Positions 44,624 through 54,397 of a stretch of 64,000 nucleotides of DNA are shown piece after piece. The notes under the pieces were generated by a model, which saw only the letters and a program-made list of their open reading frames with translations, was not told the origin of the DNA and did no database searches. Within the stretch, counting starts at the first letter, position 1. The number at the start of each line of letters is the position of its first letter. This DNA comes from Bacteroidales bacterium (GTDB taxonomy: Bacteria; Bacteroidota; Bacteroidia; Bacteroidales; VadinHA17). The position numbers and the translations under genes were made by a program. The stretch is from assembly GCA_029932855.1 (NCBI GenBank), contig JAOZPG010000014.1, positions 477 to 64,476 on the forward strand, in the 5' to 3' direction.

Positions 44624-45237
44624 TGTTACTGAATATACATCCCGCGAACCCGGACTATAAGCAAATAGAAAAGGTAGTTAACAGTCTGGCAAAAGGTGAG
44701 ATAGTAATATATCCTACAGATACGGTATATGGCATGGGATGTGATATTCGCTTTCCGAAATCCATAGAGCGCATTGCAAAACTAAAAGGAGTAGATCCAA
44801 AAAACCCGCGATTATCATTTATTTTTGCAGATCTGAGCCAGATCTCCAAATATACCAGGCCCATTGACAATCATATCTTTAAACTGATAAAAAGAAATAC
44901 TCCGGGACCATTTACTTTTCTGCTCAATGCCAACAATCTCTTACCCAAGCTGTTTAAGGGACAGAAGAAAACCATTGGCATAAGGATACCCGACTGCAAT
45001 ATAGTAAAGGAAGTAGTAAGAAGCCTGGGCAGTCCCATACTCAGCACCTCTGTTCACGACAGCGACGAGATAGTTGAATACACTACCGACCCCGAGCTAA
45101 TACATGAGAAATACAACAAGATAGCAGATATTATAATTAACGGGGGCTATGGCAAAAATGAAGCATCAACAATTGTCGACTGCACCTCGGGTGAACCGGA
45201 GATAATACGCCAGGGGCTTGGGATACTGGAATATTGA
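44623..45237 (+). CDS. tsaC: L-threonylcarbamoyladenylate synthase (YrdC/TsaC/Sua5 family)
   Basis: 204 aa. Motifs: IYPTDTVYGMGCD, PGPFTFLL, IGIRIPD, STIVDCT. The start overlaps the tal stop (TAATG). Confidence 0.85.
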   Translation: MLLNIHPANPDYKQIEKVVNSLAKGEIVIYPTDTVYGMGCDIRFPKSIERIAKLKGVDPKNPRLSFIFADLSQISKYTRPIDNHIFKLIKRNTPGPFTFLLNANNLLPKLFKGQKKTIGIRIPDCNIVKEVVRSLGSPILSTSVHDSDEIVEYTTDPELIHEKYNKIADIIINGGYGKNEASTIVDCTSGEPEIIRQGLGILEY

Positions 45238-45287
45238 ATTTAATATTTAAATTCTTATCCCTGGATTTTCGCCTCCTGTCGTCCGGC

Positions 45288-46736
45288 TTAACTTTTCCAG
45301 AACATTGGAGTAAACAGAACCAGTACCGTGAACAGTTCAAGCCTTCCTATAAGCATAAGGAATGATAAAAACCATTTTCCAAAGTCGGGCAGGTAATAAA
45401 AATTATCCATCGGTCCCACGGAGCCCAGTCCCGGACCCACATTACCCAGGGATGTAGCCACAGAGCTCATGGCAGTACTCATATCGGGAGTTACCACTAA
45501 CATTACCACTACTCCAACTGCAAAGATCAGTATATACATAGAAAAGAAAGCCAGTATATTGGTAAGGGTCTTTTGATTCAGAGATGTCCCATTCAGCCTG
45601 ACAGGAATTACCGCCTTGGGATGCACAAGCCTCTTCAGCTCGAAATAACTGTTTTTAAGTACCAGCAGTATCCTCATAATCTTCACACTACCTCCCGTCG
45701 ATCCTGTTGAGCCTCCCAGGAACATCATTATCAGCACCAGCATCCCGGCAAAAGGAAGCCATTTCAGGTAATCGGCAGTTACATATCCTGTGGTAGTTAT
45801 TATAGATACCACCTGGAACAGCGATGTCCTGAATGCTTCTTCAAGATCGCTATTGCTGTTTGCCAGGAGCATAAACAAGATAAGAATGGTAAATAAGCTG
45901 ATAAAGCCAATGTACCACCTGAATTCTTCGTCTTTGAATATCTTCCTGAACTTCAGATGAAGGCCAAAGTATGAAAGGGTAAAGTTAGTACCAGCCAGTA
46001 GCATAAAGAATGTTATTACATACTGTATATATGCTGAATCCCAGTATCCTATACTTGCCTGCCTGGTAGAATAACCTCCTGTAGCCATGGTAGTAAAAGA
46101 ATGACAAATAGCATCAAAAAAATCCATGTCGCCGGCCCAAAGTAATACCGCTTCGGTAAGCGTGAATAAAAGATATATCCCCCAGAGCCTTTTTGCTGTT
46201 TCCCTTATCCTTGGATGCAACTTATCGGGAGCAGGTCCGGGGACCTCTGCAGAAAACAACTGCATACCCCCTATTCCCAGCACAGGCAATATTGCTATTG
46301 TAAGCACTATAATTCCCATCCCCCCCATCCATTGTGTTATGCTTCTCCAGAATAAAATCCCATGAGGTAAAGCTTCAATATCATTCAATATAGACGAACC
46401 GGTGGTGGTGAAACCCGAGATGGTTTCAAAAAAAGCATTTGTAAAGTTTAGTATAGCACCTGAAAGAATGTAGGGCAGGCTTCCAAAAAACGAGAATACT
46501 ATCCATACCAAACTTACAATTATAAATCCCTCTCTCTTTAATATCTGGGGATCCGATTTCCAGCTCAATAGAAAGAGTATAGCCCCTGTAAGAAGGGTGA
46601 TCATTGTTGCATAAAATAATCCCAAAGAATCTCCCTCGTCATATAACAAAGAAACGAGGAATGAAAGAAACATAAAGAAAGCCTCCAGCATAAGCAGGAA
46701 GCCCAAAATCTTTATAATTACTTTTTTATTTATCAT
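45288..46736 (-). CDS. trkH: TrkH-family potassium uptake permease
   Basis: 482 aa, polytopic, with repeated selectivity-filter-like motifs (SGFTTTGSS, TTMATGGYS, ITTTGYV, GGSTGSTGGSVK). Confidence 0.9.
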   Translation of the reverse strand: MINKKVIIKILGFLLMLEAFFMFLSFLVSLLYDEGDSLGLFYATMITLLTGAILFLLSWKSDPQILKREGFIIVSLVWIVFSFFGSLPYILSGAILNFTNAFFETISGFTTTGSSILNDIEALPHGILFWRSITQWMGGMGIIVLTIAILPVLGIGGMQLFSAEVPGPAPDKLHPRIRETAKRLWGIYLLFTLTEAVLLWAGDMDFFDAICHSFTTMATGGYSTRQASIGYWDSAYIQYVITFFMLLAGTNFTLSYFGLHLKFRKIFKDEEFRWYIGFISLFTILILFMLLANSNSDLEEAFRTSLFQVVSIITTTGYVTADYLKWLPFAGMLVLIMMFLGGSTGSTGGSVKIMRILLVLKNSYFELKRLVHPKAVIPVRLNGTSLNQKTLTNILAFFSMYILIFAVGVVVMLVVTPDMSTAMSSVATSLGNVGPGLGSVGPMDNFYYLPDFGKWFLSFLMLIGRLELFTVLVLFTPMFWKS

Positions 46737-46745
46737 GAATATCTG

Positions 46746-48086
46746 CTAATTAAAAAGCTTATCCAGGTTTAAAACAGATTCGGGAAGGGAGAATACTACC
46801 ACATGATCAAAATCCTTTATCTGTGTGTCACCTTTTGCAATAAAGCTATGACTTCCCCTTATTACACCACCAACAATAGCTCCTTTAGGAAAGTGCAGAT
46901 CTTTAAGCAGTCCTTTGGTTATCTTAGAACCGGGCTGTACAACATACTCAAGCACTTCGGCATCGGTACCCGTAAGACATTTTATCATTGACACCTGGGC
47001 AGCCTGGGTAAACCTTGAAATCCTCCCTGCCGTTATTATCTTTTTATTTAATATAGAATCAATTCCTATGCTCTCGGCAAGGTTTATATACTCCATGTTC
47101 TCTATCTCTGCAATGGTCTTTTTCACACCATGCTTTTTAGCAAGCAGGCATGATAAAATATTGGTTTCTGAATTTCCTGTAACAGCTATAAAGGCATCAG
47201 TATTATCCAGCCCCTCCTCTATAAGCAGGTCTGTATCCCTTCCGTCACCTTTAATTATCAGGGTGTCATTAAGTATATTGGCCAGGAACTCACACTTATC
47301 ATCATCAATCTCTATCAGCTTAACATGAAACCTTTTCTCGAGCTCCAGGGCAGTTCTTTTGCCTATCCTGCTGCCACCAAGTATCATTATATTCTTTATA
47401 TCAACCTTCACCTTACCGGCAAGCCTCATTATCTCATGCATCCCTTCCTGGGTTGATATTACATAAATAACATCATTCAGCTTAAAAATATCATCCCCTG
47501 TGGGAATAATGGTTTTCTGGTCCCTGGTAATAGCCACCCCCCTGTAGTCTAAATCCGTAGCAGTACCGGTAATATCCTTAAGCTTTTGTCCCAGTACAAG
47601 CGCATTTTCATCCAGCTTAAACACATAAAGTGATAACTTACCACCTGAAAAATCAAAAAATTCGGTAGAACCTGTCTGGTGAAGAAAGCCCAGTATCTCC
47701 CTGGCAGCTATTCTCTCAGGATACATCAGGTAGTCAATACCCTTCTCAGCAAAACGGTCCCTGTGAGGATGCTCCAGATATTCGTTATTGTCTATCCTGG
47801 CTATTGTTTTCTTTGCACCCAGCATCTTTCCAAGAATAGCAGATGTTATATTGGTGTCTTCAAGATGTGCAACAGCAATAAACAGGTCGGACTTCTGTAT
47901 TCCGGCAGTAGTTAATATCTCTATAGAAGTAGATGAACCATTTATAGTCATTATATCCAGGTTAGACTCAATTTGTTTGAGACGTGCTTCATCCGGATCA
48001 ATAACCACTATATCATGATTTTCCTTACTTAGTATCTTTGCGAGGTGAGTACCTACCTCCCCAGCTCCGCCGATTATTATCCTCAT
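46746..48086 (-). CDS. trkA: Trk system potassium uptake protein TrkA (two RCK/NAD-binding modules)
   Basis: 446 aa. MRIIIGGAGEVGTHLA and a second IMILGGSRIGKRTA Rossmann motif. It lies 9 nt upstream of trkH. Confidence 0.9.
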   Translation of the reverse strand: MRIIIGGAGEVGTHLAKILSKENHDIVVIDPDEARLKQIESNLDIMTINGSSTSIEILTTAGIQKSDLFIAVAHLEDTNITSAILGKMLGAKKTIARIDNNEYLEHPHRDRFAEKGIDYLMYPERIAAREILGFLHQTGSTEFFDFSGGKLSLYVFKLDENALVLGQKLKDITGTATDLDYRGVAITRDQKTIIPTGDDIFKLNDVIYVISTQEGMHEIMRLAGKVKVDIKNIMILGGSRIGKRTALELEKRFHVKLIEIDDDKCEFLANILNDTLIIKGDGRDTDLLIEEGLDNTDAFIAVTGNSETNILSCLLAKKHGVKKTIAEIENMEYINLAESIGIDSILNKKIITAGRISRFTQAAQVSMIKCLTGTDAEVLEYVVQPGSKITKGLLKDLHFPKGAIVGGVIRGSHSFIAKGDTQIKDFDHVVVFSLPESVLNLDKLFN

Positions 48087-48212
48087 AATTACAAAAGCAA
48101 AATTCTGTCAGTTCGTTATTAAACTGAGAGGACAAATTAATGCAATATCCTGATAAAAAACCACTGCAATAAATAGTTTTTAAGAATATTTATCTTCATT
48201 CCATATAATTTA

Positions 48213-50342
48213 TTACTCTTTCATGTAAAATGCCCCCTGTTTCCGCACATCATAAGAGCTAATATGCTTATCCCGGAATTCTTTCGAAAGTTTTGCCGAC
48301 AAATAAGCCGGAACCGAAGAATCAAAGATCACTATGCCTGGCCGGAAGACCGCCAGCATGTCTGAAGCCTTTGCCCTGCCCGGACCAGAAAGGATAAGCA
48401 TATCTATCTTCTGTACAGCCGGAAAATTGTAACGGGGAATACTTTTTATATCAGTCAAATAGACCTTCATTCCTGAAAAAACAAGAAGATCCCCCTCAAC
48501 TGAAAAAGTCTTCCCTTCAGTGCAGTCGTTATTAATGAAACTGCTACTCTTTTCCCCACTTCGAAAACAAATCTTTTCACTCCTTATTCTCATCTTATTA
48601 TCAAGCCCTGCAAGGGCATAATATATGGCTTCTTGATTTTCCCTGCCATGCTCAGAAACAAATACATACGACTTCCTTCCTTCCGTAATCCGCACAAGGC
48701 CCTGCCTGCCGGCATTAAGAACAGCAAATGATGAACTCTGCTCAGCCTTCAGGTTTAACAGCATGGAGTAAGCCGCAAAAACCACCAGTAGAGCAAGAGC
48801 AGCAACAGCATAGCTCTTACGCTTATAAACAAAGTAAATGCCTGCAAAGATCATTGTCATATAAATAAGAAGCACAGAGGCAATATCAAGATACAGATGA
48901 CTGCTAACAGCAATATCCGGTGTGCCCATATATTTTACAAATAACACTACAGCTGCACTCACCAGGTTTAAGAGGTAAGTAAAAATATCGAACAGGATGT
49001 TTGAAAAAGAAAGAATATAAGATAAAAAGCCCAGGTAAATTATTATGCCCACCAGGGGTATCACCACAATATTACTAATAAAGAATAAATTAGGGAACTG
49101 GTGAAAGTAATATATTACCAAGGGAAAAGTAGATAGCTGAGCCGACAGGGAAAGACAAAACAGGCTCCATAACTTATCAATTAGCAGGAATTTCGGACTT
49201 AGTAATGCATAAATACGCGGGTATAAGAATACTATTCCGCCAACAGCCAGGTATGAAAGCTGGAAACCTGCGTTCCTCAGAAGGAAAGGATTTATAAGAA
49301 GCAGGATAAAAGCCGATAATGCCAGGTTATTATAAATATTAGTATTACGTCCAAGGTTCTGGCCGATAACAAGAAAGCTGAACATTATCGTAGCCCTCAA
49401 TACCGAGGGAGACAGACCTGTTATCAAAGCATATAACCACAGGAAAATAAGGATAAGGCTTATCCTCAAAAATCTTCCCTTTCTAAAGCCATCCATAAAA
49501 AAAAACAGGTAATAAAGTAAGAGATAGATTATGCCTACATGTAAACCCGACACAGCCATAACATGCATCACGCCGGCCCTTGAAAAAGAATCCCTTACTT
49601 CTTCACTCAGGTAATCCCTCTTGCCCAGTAATAATGCCGAGCAAACAGCCAGCTCCTCTCCTTCCAGCCTGGTGCCAAGTTTATAAAAAAGATATTCCCT
49701 TATCCTTGCAGATATTATCAGCAGCGAAAAACCGCTTTTTCTTTCTATACTCTTCCAGTCATTCCTGCCGGCATAGACAGAGCCATAAAAGCCCCTGTCT
49801 CTCATATAACGGGGGTAATCAAACTCCCCCGGATTTCCCGCAGTATAGAAATCCTTAATACCTCCGTTTATAAGCAGACTACTACCGGGACCCGGTGCGT
49901 CAACAAGGCTGTCCTTCTCAAGGTAAACAAGTATCCTGAATCCTGTTCGCGTCCATTGCCCTGCTTTTTTTACTGCCCTTACTTTTGCTGCTATCCTTAC
50001 AGAATTATTTCCGGCACCGGGCATATCAAGCACATCAGCCACAAGAGCCTCACCGGCAAAATTACTTTCGATACGGTCTGCAGCGTCCATTTTAAACTGT
50101 ACAAGAATAAAAGATGTAAGCATCATCATTACACTTAGCACAGCACCAAACAGCCATCTTCCCCTGAAAGAAAATACTCTCAGTAAGACAAATAGTAATA
50201 ACCCTAAAAGTATAAAAGCAGATATAGCAAGAGCAAGGCCGATAGCCGGCAGCCTGCCAATAATAAATGCCAGTAATATCCCTGTGATAAAAGGAAGCAG
50301 GAATCTAAGGAAAGGAAGCCTGGCTAACTGTTCCTTAAGCAT
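48213..50342 (-). CDS. comEC: ComEC/Rec2-family DNA internalisation channel protein with a degenerate C-terminal beta-lactamase-like region
   Basis: 709 aa with a DUF4131-like N-terminus. Competence core SRAGVMHVMAVSGLHVGIIY, SVLRATIMFS, GFQLSYLAVGGI. The C-terminal ~170 aa have no HxHxDH motif. Confidence 0.85.
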   Translation of the reverse strand: MLKEQLARLPFLRFLLPFITGILLAFIIGRLPAIGLALAISAFILLGLLLFVLLRVFSFRGRWLFGAVLSVMMMLTSFILVQFKMDAADRIESNFAGEALVADVLDMPGAGNNSVRIAAKVRAVKKAGQWTRTGFRILVYLEKDSLVDAPGPGSSLLINGGIKDFYTAGNPGEFDYPRYMRDRGFYGSVYAGRNDWKSIERKSGFSLLIISARIREYLFYKLGTRLEGEELAVCSALLLGKRDYLSEEVRDSFSRAGVMHVMAVSGLHVGIIYLLLYYLFFFMDGFRKGRFLRISLILIFLWLYALITGLSPSVLRATIMFSFLVIGQNLGRNTNIYNNLALSAFILLLINPFLLRNAGFQLSYLAVGGIVFLYPRIYALLSPKFLLIDKLWSLFCLSLSAQLSTFPLVIYYFHQFPNLFFISNIVVIPLVGIIIYLGFLSYILSFSNILFDIFTYLLNLVSAAVVLFVKYMGTPDIAVSSHLYLDIASVLLIYMTMIFAGIYFVYKRKSYAVAALALLVVFAAYSMLLNLKAEQSSSFAVLNAGRQGLVRITEGRKSYVFVSEHGRENQEAIYYALAGLDNKMRIRSEKICFRSGEKSSSFINNDCTEGKTFSVEGDLLVFSGMKVYLTDIKSIPRYNFPAVQKIDMLILSGPGRAKASDMLAVFRPGIVIFDSSVPAYLSAKLSKEFRDKHISSYDVRKQGAFYMKE

Positions 50343-50367
50343 AACAGCTCTTACTTATTCTAATCTA

Positions 50368-51921
50368 TTACTGTTCCTCCTGAAAATAAGCTTCCCTTGA
50401 AAGCAGGTGCTTCAGGTTGGCTACACCATAAACCACAACAGCTGTAACAATTGAAGTATGCTCCTGGTACTCGGGAATACTTTTATTATACAGATCACGC
50501 TCAGTATGCCATATTTCTCCATAGTTGAAGTTATATCCTTTAGTATCCTCAGTCCCAAATGTAAGCGTGGGAACACCTGCTACCGCAAAAGGTCCGCTAT
50601 CTGTTCCCCAGGCTTTCTCAGGCCTTTTCATGGCATCTTTCTTCTCCAGGCTAAAAGGGAAATCAGCATTTATATCATTAAGGGGTTTGCATATCTTCTC
50701 AAAATCATCCCACATGGCTTCCGTAACGCTCAGGCTGTTTGCCACTGTAGGGCCCCCGTCTCTGTTAAACATGTTTGATACCCTGTCCAGCTTATCTGCA
50801 TTTTCTTCCACCCAGTGCCTGGAACCATATAAACCAAACTCTTCACCTGCCCACATTATCACCAGTATGGTACGTTTGGGATTGCCTCCGGCAGCCATTA
50901 TCAGGCGTGCCGCTTCCATGGCAGGACTCGCTCCTGAACCATCATCAACACCACCCGTAGCCACATCATATGCATCCAGGTGTCCACCCATAATAACATA
51001 TTCATCAGGATAAGTGCTTCCCGGTATAATCCCTATAACATTATGATACTTAACCGGTCCCATTTTAAAATGGTTTCTTATATCAAACTCCAGTTCAAAA
51101 TGCCTGCGCTCCTTTACCATCTGCTCTATAATCTTATACTGATGCTCATCCAGCTTAATATCCGGTACATTGGGCAGATTGTCAAAACTCATATCATGTA
51201 TGTTCTTCCTGTCATATAATACCCTTATGGGCACAGGAGACGACTGTATGATACCCAGTATGCCTGCTTCCTTCATCTGTCTGTAAAACAAGGCAGGCTC
51301 ATTTTCATATTCTATGCTCTCCTTGAGGACACTGTCAGGATTATTCCTGTTCCATGTTCTTATCTCCCTGTTCTGCCTGGCAATTACCTCATTTAATGCT
51401 ATAAGGCTGTCCCTTCTGGCATCTGCCTCAGCAGATATATCTATGGGCCAGCCCTTATTAGTTCCCGTAATAAGTACCCATGCCCCGTTCAGTCGGCCCT
51501 TCATCCTGTCGAACTCAGCCTGCGTTTTCGGTTCAGGCAATACGTGTCCCCTCTGAACACCTTTTGTGCCGGCTGTATATGAAGGCGTGGCAAAATGCAG
51601 GTACATACCATTATCACTTAACATCCTTCCAAACCAGGGGCCCCTGTTAAACCCCACAGGAAGCTCCCCTACCTCATCCATCTCTACCTTCATTCCCCAC
51701 TCGGTAAATTTCGAAGCACACCATTGTGCGGCATTCTCAAAAGCATCCGAACCAACCAGCCTGCCACCAAACCGGTTACAAAGCACATCCAGGTGATCCA
51801 TAGTCCGGTTATCGACAGTTCCAATTTCAATAATCCTCTTTACCACCTTATCCTGTGCATTTGCTGCAGGGTATTGAAATATCAATATTATACCCAGGAA
51901 AAAAAATATTACTCGCTTCAT
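50368..51921 (-). CDS. secreted M28-family metallopeptidase (aminopeptidase) with an inserted PA-like region
   Basis: 517 aa with a signal peptide. Zinc-ligand blocks: IMGGHLDAYD, GGVDDGSGASPAMEAA, WAGEEFGLYGSRHW, WHTERD. Confidence 0.8.
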   Translation of the reverse strand: MKRVIFFFLGIILIFQYPAANAQDKVVKRIIEIGTVDNRTMDHLDVLCNRFGGRLVGSDAFENAAQWCASKFTEWGMKVEMDEVGELPVGFNRGPWFGRMLSDNGMYLHFATPSYTAGTKGVQRGHVLPEPKTQAEFDRMKGRLNGAWVLITGTNKGWPIDISAEADARRDSLIALNEVIARQNREIRTWNRNNPDSVLKESIEYENEPALFYRQMKEAGILGIIQSSPVPIRVLYDRKNIHDMSFDNLPNVPDIKLDEHQYKIIEQMVKERRHFELEFDIRNHFKMGPVKYHNVIGIIPGSTYPDEYVIMGGHLDAYDVATGGVDDGSGASPAMEAARLIMAAGGNPKRTILVIMWAGEEFGLYGSRHWVEENADKLDRVSNMFNRDGGPTVANSLSVTEAMWDDFEKICKPLNDINADFPFSLEKKDAMKRPEKAWGTDSGPFAVAGVPTLTFGTEDTKGYNFNYGEIWHTERDLYNKSIPEYQEHTSIVTAVVVYGVANLKHLLSREAYFQEEQ

Positions 51922-52106
51922 AATATGAAATTTTATTGGCCTGCAATCCTGCTTTATAATTAAGCCCGCAGGCCCAGTTAAATTGTCAGTTATACAAATT
52001 TAAATAAATAGTCCCTATATATCTAAAGCATATCTATGTTTTACAACTCTAAATATTTTTTTTACCTTTTAGAAAAATCTGCGTATTTATTATTAAACAA
52101 CTGAGA

Positions 52107-52646
52107 TTGGAAAACATCTTATTAATAAAAGCCTGCAGGGAAGGGGATAAAAAAGCCTTCAGGGAACTGGTAAACAAATATTCTGATTTTGCCTTCAGGC
52201 TTGCGTTCAGGATACTAAATACCGAGGATGATGCACGTGACATGGTACAGGAGAGTTTTATCACAGTCTGGGAGAAACTGGATACTTATAAGACAGAAAA
52301 GAAATTTGAGAACTGGCTTTACAGGATAATAGTTAATAAATGCTACGACCAGCTGAGAAAAAGAAAGATTACAACAACAAAAGGATCAGCTAACTGGCAG
52401 TATGAAAACTACCCGGAAAACAACAACCCGGAAAGGCAAATGGAGAACAAGGAACTTGGAGAACTGATACTGGCCCTGACAGATAAACTTAGCAAAAAAC
52501 AAAAAATTGTATTTGTACTTAGTGAGCTGGAAGGATTATCGCAGGATGATATAGCAGAAGCAACAGGATTAACAAAATCAAGCATAAAGAGCAACCTGCA
52601 TCATGCACGAAAGAACATTAAACAAAAAATACAAAAACATATCTAA
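52107..52646 (+). CDS. ECF-type RNA polymerase sigma-70 family factor
   Basis: 179 aa with a TTG start. Region 2: GDKKAFRELVNKYSDFAFRLAFRIL...DARDMVQESFITVWEKL, WLYRIIVNKCYDQLRK. Region 4: KQKIVFVLSELEGLSQDDIAEATGLTKSSIKSNLHHARKNI. Confidence 0.85.
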   Translation: MENILLIKACREGDKKAFRELVNKYSDFAFRLAFRILNTEDDARDMVQESFITVWEKLDTYKTEKKFENWLYRIIVNKCYDQLRKRKITTTKGSANWQYENYPENNNPERQMENKELGELILALTDKLSKKQKIVFVLSELEGLSQDDIAEATGLTKSSIKSNLHHARKNIKQKIQKHI

Positions 52647-52647
52647 G

Positions 52648-53205
52648 ATGAACCATGAAGATAAATACAAGAACTTACTTGAGAGATTAAAAGCCAGTGA
52701 ACCAAAGCTGACTAATAAGGAACAGCTGACCCGGAATATTATAAGCAGCATACATCCCAGCGTGCAAAAAGGTGAAAGGTCCACAAAACAGCCTATAAAG
52801 CCGGCACTCCTGTTTAGCTGGACATCCATCAGCTGGTTAAGACATTCCCTGACCGCAGCTGCGGCTATCTTCCTGGGGATAATAATAGTGCAACAAATGG
52901 TGTTAAGTAATCGAATGAATCGCCTGGAGCGGCAACTGGTGAGTTCTGTTAATAATAAAGTAAATTATGAGGCTGGAATCAGCATTAAGGAGAAAGTACT
53001 TATTAAATATTTCTCCTTGCAGGCAGGAGAAGACCTTAAGCTATCACACACTGAGGGAGACAGCATCACCCTGTCACGCAAAGACCTGGAAAAGTTTATT
53101 AAAGAATATTGGGAGATAAATGAGATGCAAAACGATAAAAGCATCTTTTTCAACAGGAGTCCCGAAAAAGAAAGCGCCAGGGATAACACAAAACAGGAAC
53201 TTTAG
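52648..53205 (+). CDS. single-pass membrane protein, putative cognate anti-sigma factor
   Basis: The ATG lies 1 nt after the sigma stop (the track ORF 52603 overlaps the sigma gene in frame). 185 aa with a central TM segment (AAAAIFLGIIIVQQMVL). No zinc-finger (HxxxCxxC) motif. The assignment is by position only. Confidence 0.45.
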   Translation: MNHEDKYKNLLERLKASEPKLTNKEQLTRNIISSIHPSVQKGERSTKQPIKPALLFSWTSISWLRHSLTAAAAIFLGIIIVQQMVLSNRMNRLERQLVSSVNNKVNYEAGISIKEKVLIKYFSLQAGEDLKLSHTEGDSITLSRKDLEKFIKEYWEINEMQNDKSIFFNRSPEKESARDNTKQEL

Positions 53206-53298
53206 AACGGAATCATAAAGCTTCATACCAACTAAATAAAAAGCCACATACAAACTAAACAATAAAGCGACACATAAACATAAAAAATACTTCATATC

Positions 53299-54348
53299 AT
53301 GAAAACAAAAATATTCTCCCGCTTAGTGATGTTTTCATTCATATTCCTTATTTCATGCGGGTATGAAACATGGGTGGTAAATACTGTGCACAAAGATGGC
53401 TCAATCACCAGGACTATCACAATGAAAAACAACGAAGACGGGGAGTTCCTTCCAAAAAAATATAAAGTTCCGGTCGACAGCACATGGACAACCGAGTATA
53501 ACATGGAGATCGAAGAAGAAGACACAACCTGGATCCTTAGCGCAAAAAAGCACTTTACAAATGTTGAAGAAATAAATGCTGAATACAGGGTTGATTCAGG
53601 CTCTAACGGTAATATCCCCAGGACTGCCGAGTTCTCAAAGAAATTCAAGTGGTTTTATACTGTTTACAGGTTCTCTGAGAGAATTGACAGGAGCATGTCG
53701 ATACCTTCCCCGATGTCTGAGGTATTGTCATCTAAAGAGCTTGAATTCGCCTATTTGCCAAACAAGGTGCAGGAAGAACTGAAAGAAGGACCTGACAGCA
53801 CCAGGTACAAGACGCTGAGTGACAGTGTAGATACAAAAGCAGAATACTGGCTTTCGCTAAGCCTGGTACGCCAATGGATTGAGATTTTCTACGACCTGTT
53901 CGATGACCATCCTTCCCTTGATATCACCAAAGAGGAAATGAAACTCAAGGAAACAGAGCTGGCAAAACTTTTTGATATCCTGGATGAAACTGAAACATTT
54001 GATACAGTATTCGGCAAACAATTCTATAAAACACTTAAAACGGAAGTTGACAGTAGCATAAATGTATTATATGAAGTGCTTGATACCTTCATTAATATGG
54101 AAGAATACCATATGGAAATACGAATGCCAGGAAAAATACTGGCTTCAAGCGGTTATCTTAAACCTGGAGAGGAAGAACTGCAGGAAGGCATAATATGGAC
54201 AGTAAAATCTGATTTCTTCCTTGGCGAAGACTATGTGATGTGGGTGGAGTCGCAGACCGTCAACCTGTGGGCATGGATCCTTAGCGGGGCGTTTATCCTC
54301 TTTGTATTTGCCGGGCTGCTATCAAGAAAGATGAAAGGCTATTCCTAA
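53299..54348 (+). CDS. hypothetical lipoprotein with an additional C-terminal TM helix
   Basis: 349 aa. Signal peptide plus lipobox (FIFLISC-G) and a C-terminal hydrophobic helix (LWAWILSGAFILFVFAGLL). No family recognised. It lies 93 nt downstream of the putative anti-sigma gene. Confidence 0.5.
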   Translation: MKTKIFSRLVMFSFIFLISCGYETWVVNTVHKDGSITRTITMKNNEDGEFLPKKYKVPVDSTWTTEYNMEIEEEDTTWILSAKKHFTNVEEINAEYRVDSGSNGNIPRTAEFSKKFKWFYTVYRFSERIDRSMSIPSPMSEVLSSKELEFAYLPNKVQEELKEGPDSTRYKTLSDSVDTKAEYWLSLSLVRQWIEIFYDLFDDHPSLDITKEEMKLKETELAKLFDILDETETFDTVFGKQFYKTLKTEVDSSINVLYEVLDTFINMEEYHMEIRMPGKILASSGYLKPGEEELQEGIIWTVKSDFFLGEDYVMWVESQTVNLWAWILSGAFILFVFAGLLSRKMKGYS

Positions 54349-54397
54349 ACCCGGGACAAGCGGGATACTCCTGGCAGCAGGAATACCAGGAAAACCA

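Noticed and set aside
45236-45254. 19-bp perfect A/T palindrome GAATTTAATATTTAAATTC between convergent tsaC and trkH (possible terminator or operator)
   Set aside because: It consists almost only of A/T pairs, so the hairpin is weak. It overlaps the tsaC stop and has no flanking T-run. It is unremarkable in AT-rich DNA.
51938-51974. Inverted repeat GGCCTGC ... GCAGGCC upstream of the M28 peptidase gene
   Set aside because: The stem is only 7 bp, the loop is 23 nt, and I saw no second copy in the window. The evidence is insufficient for a REP-like element or regulatory hairpin.
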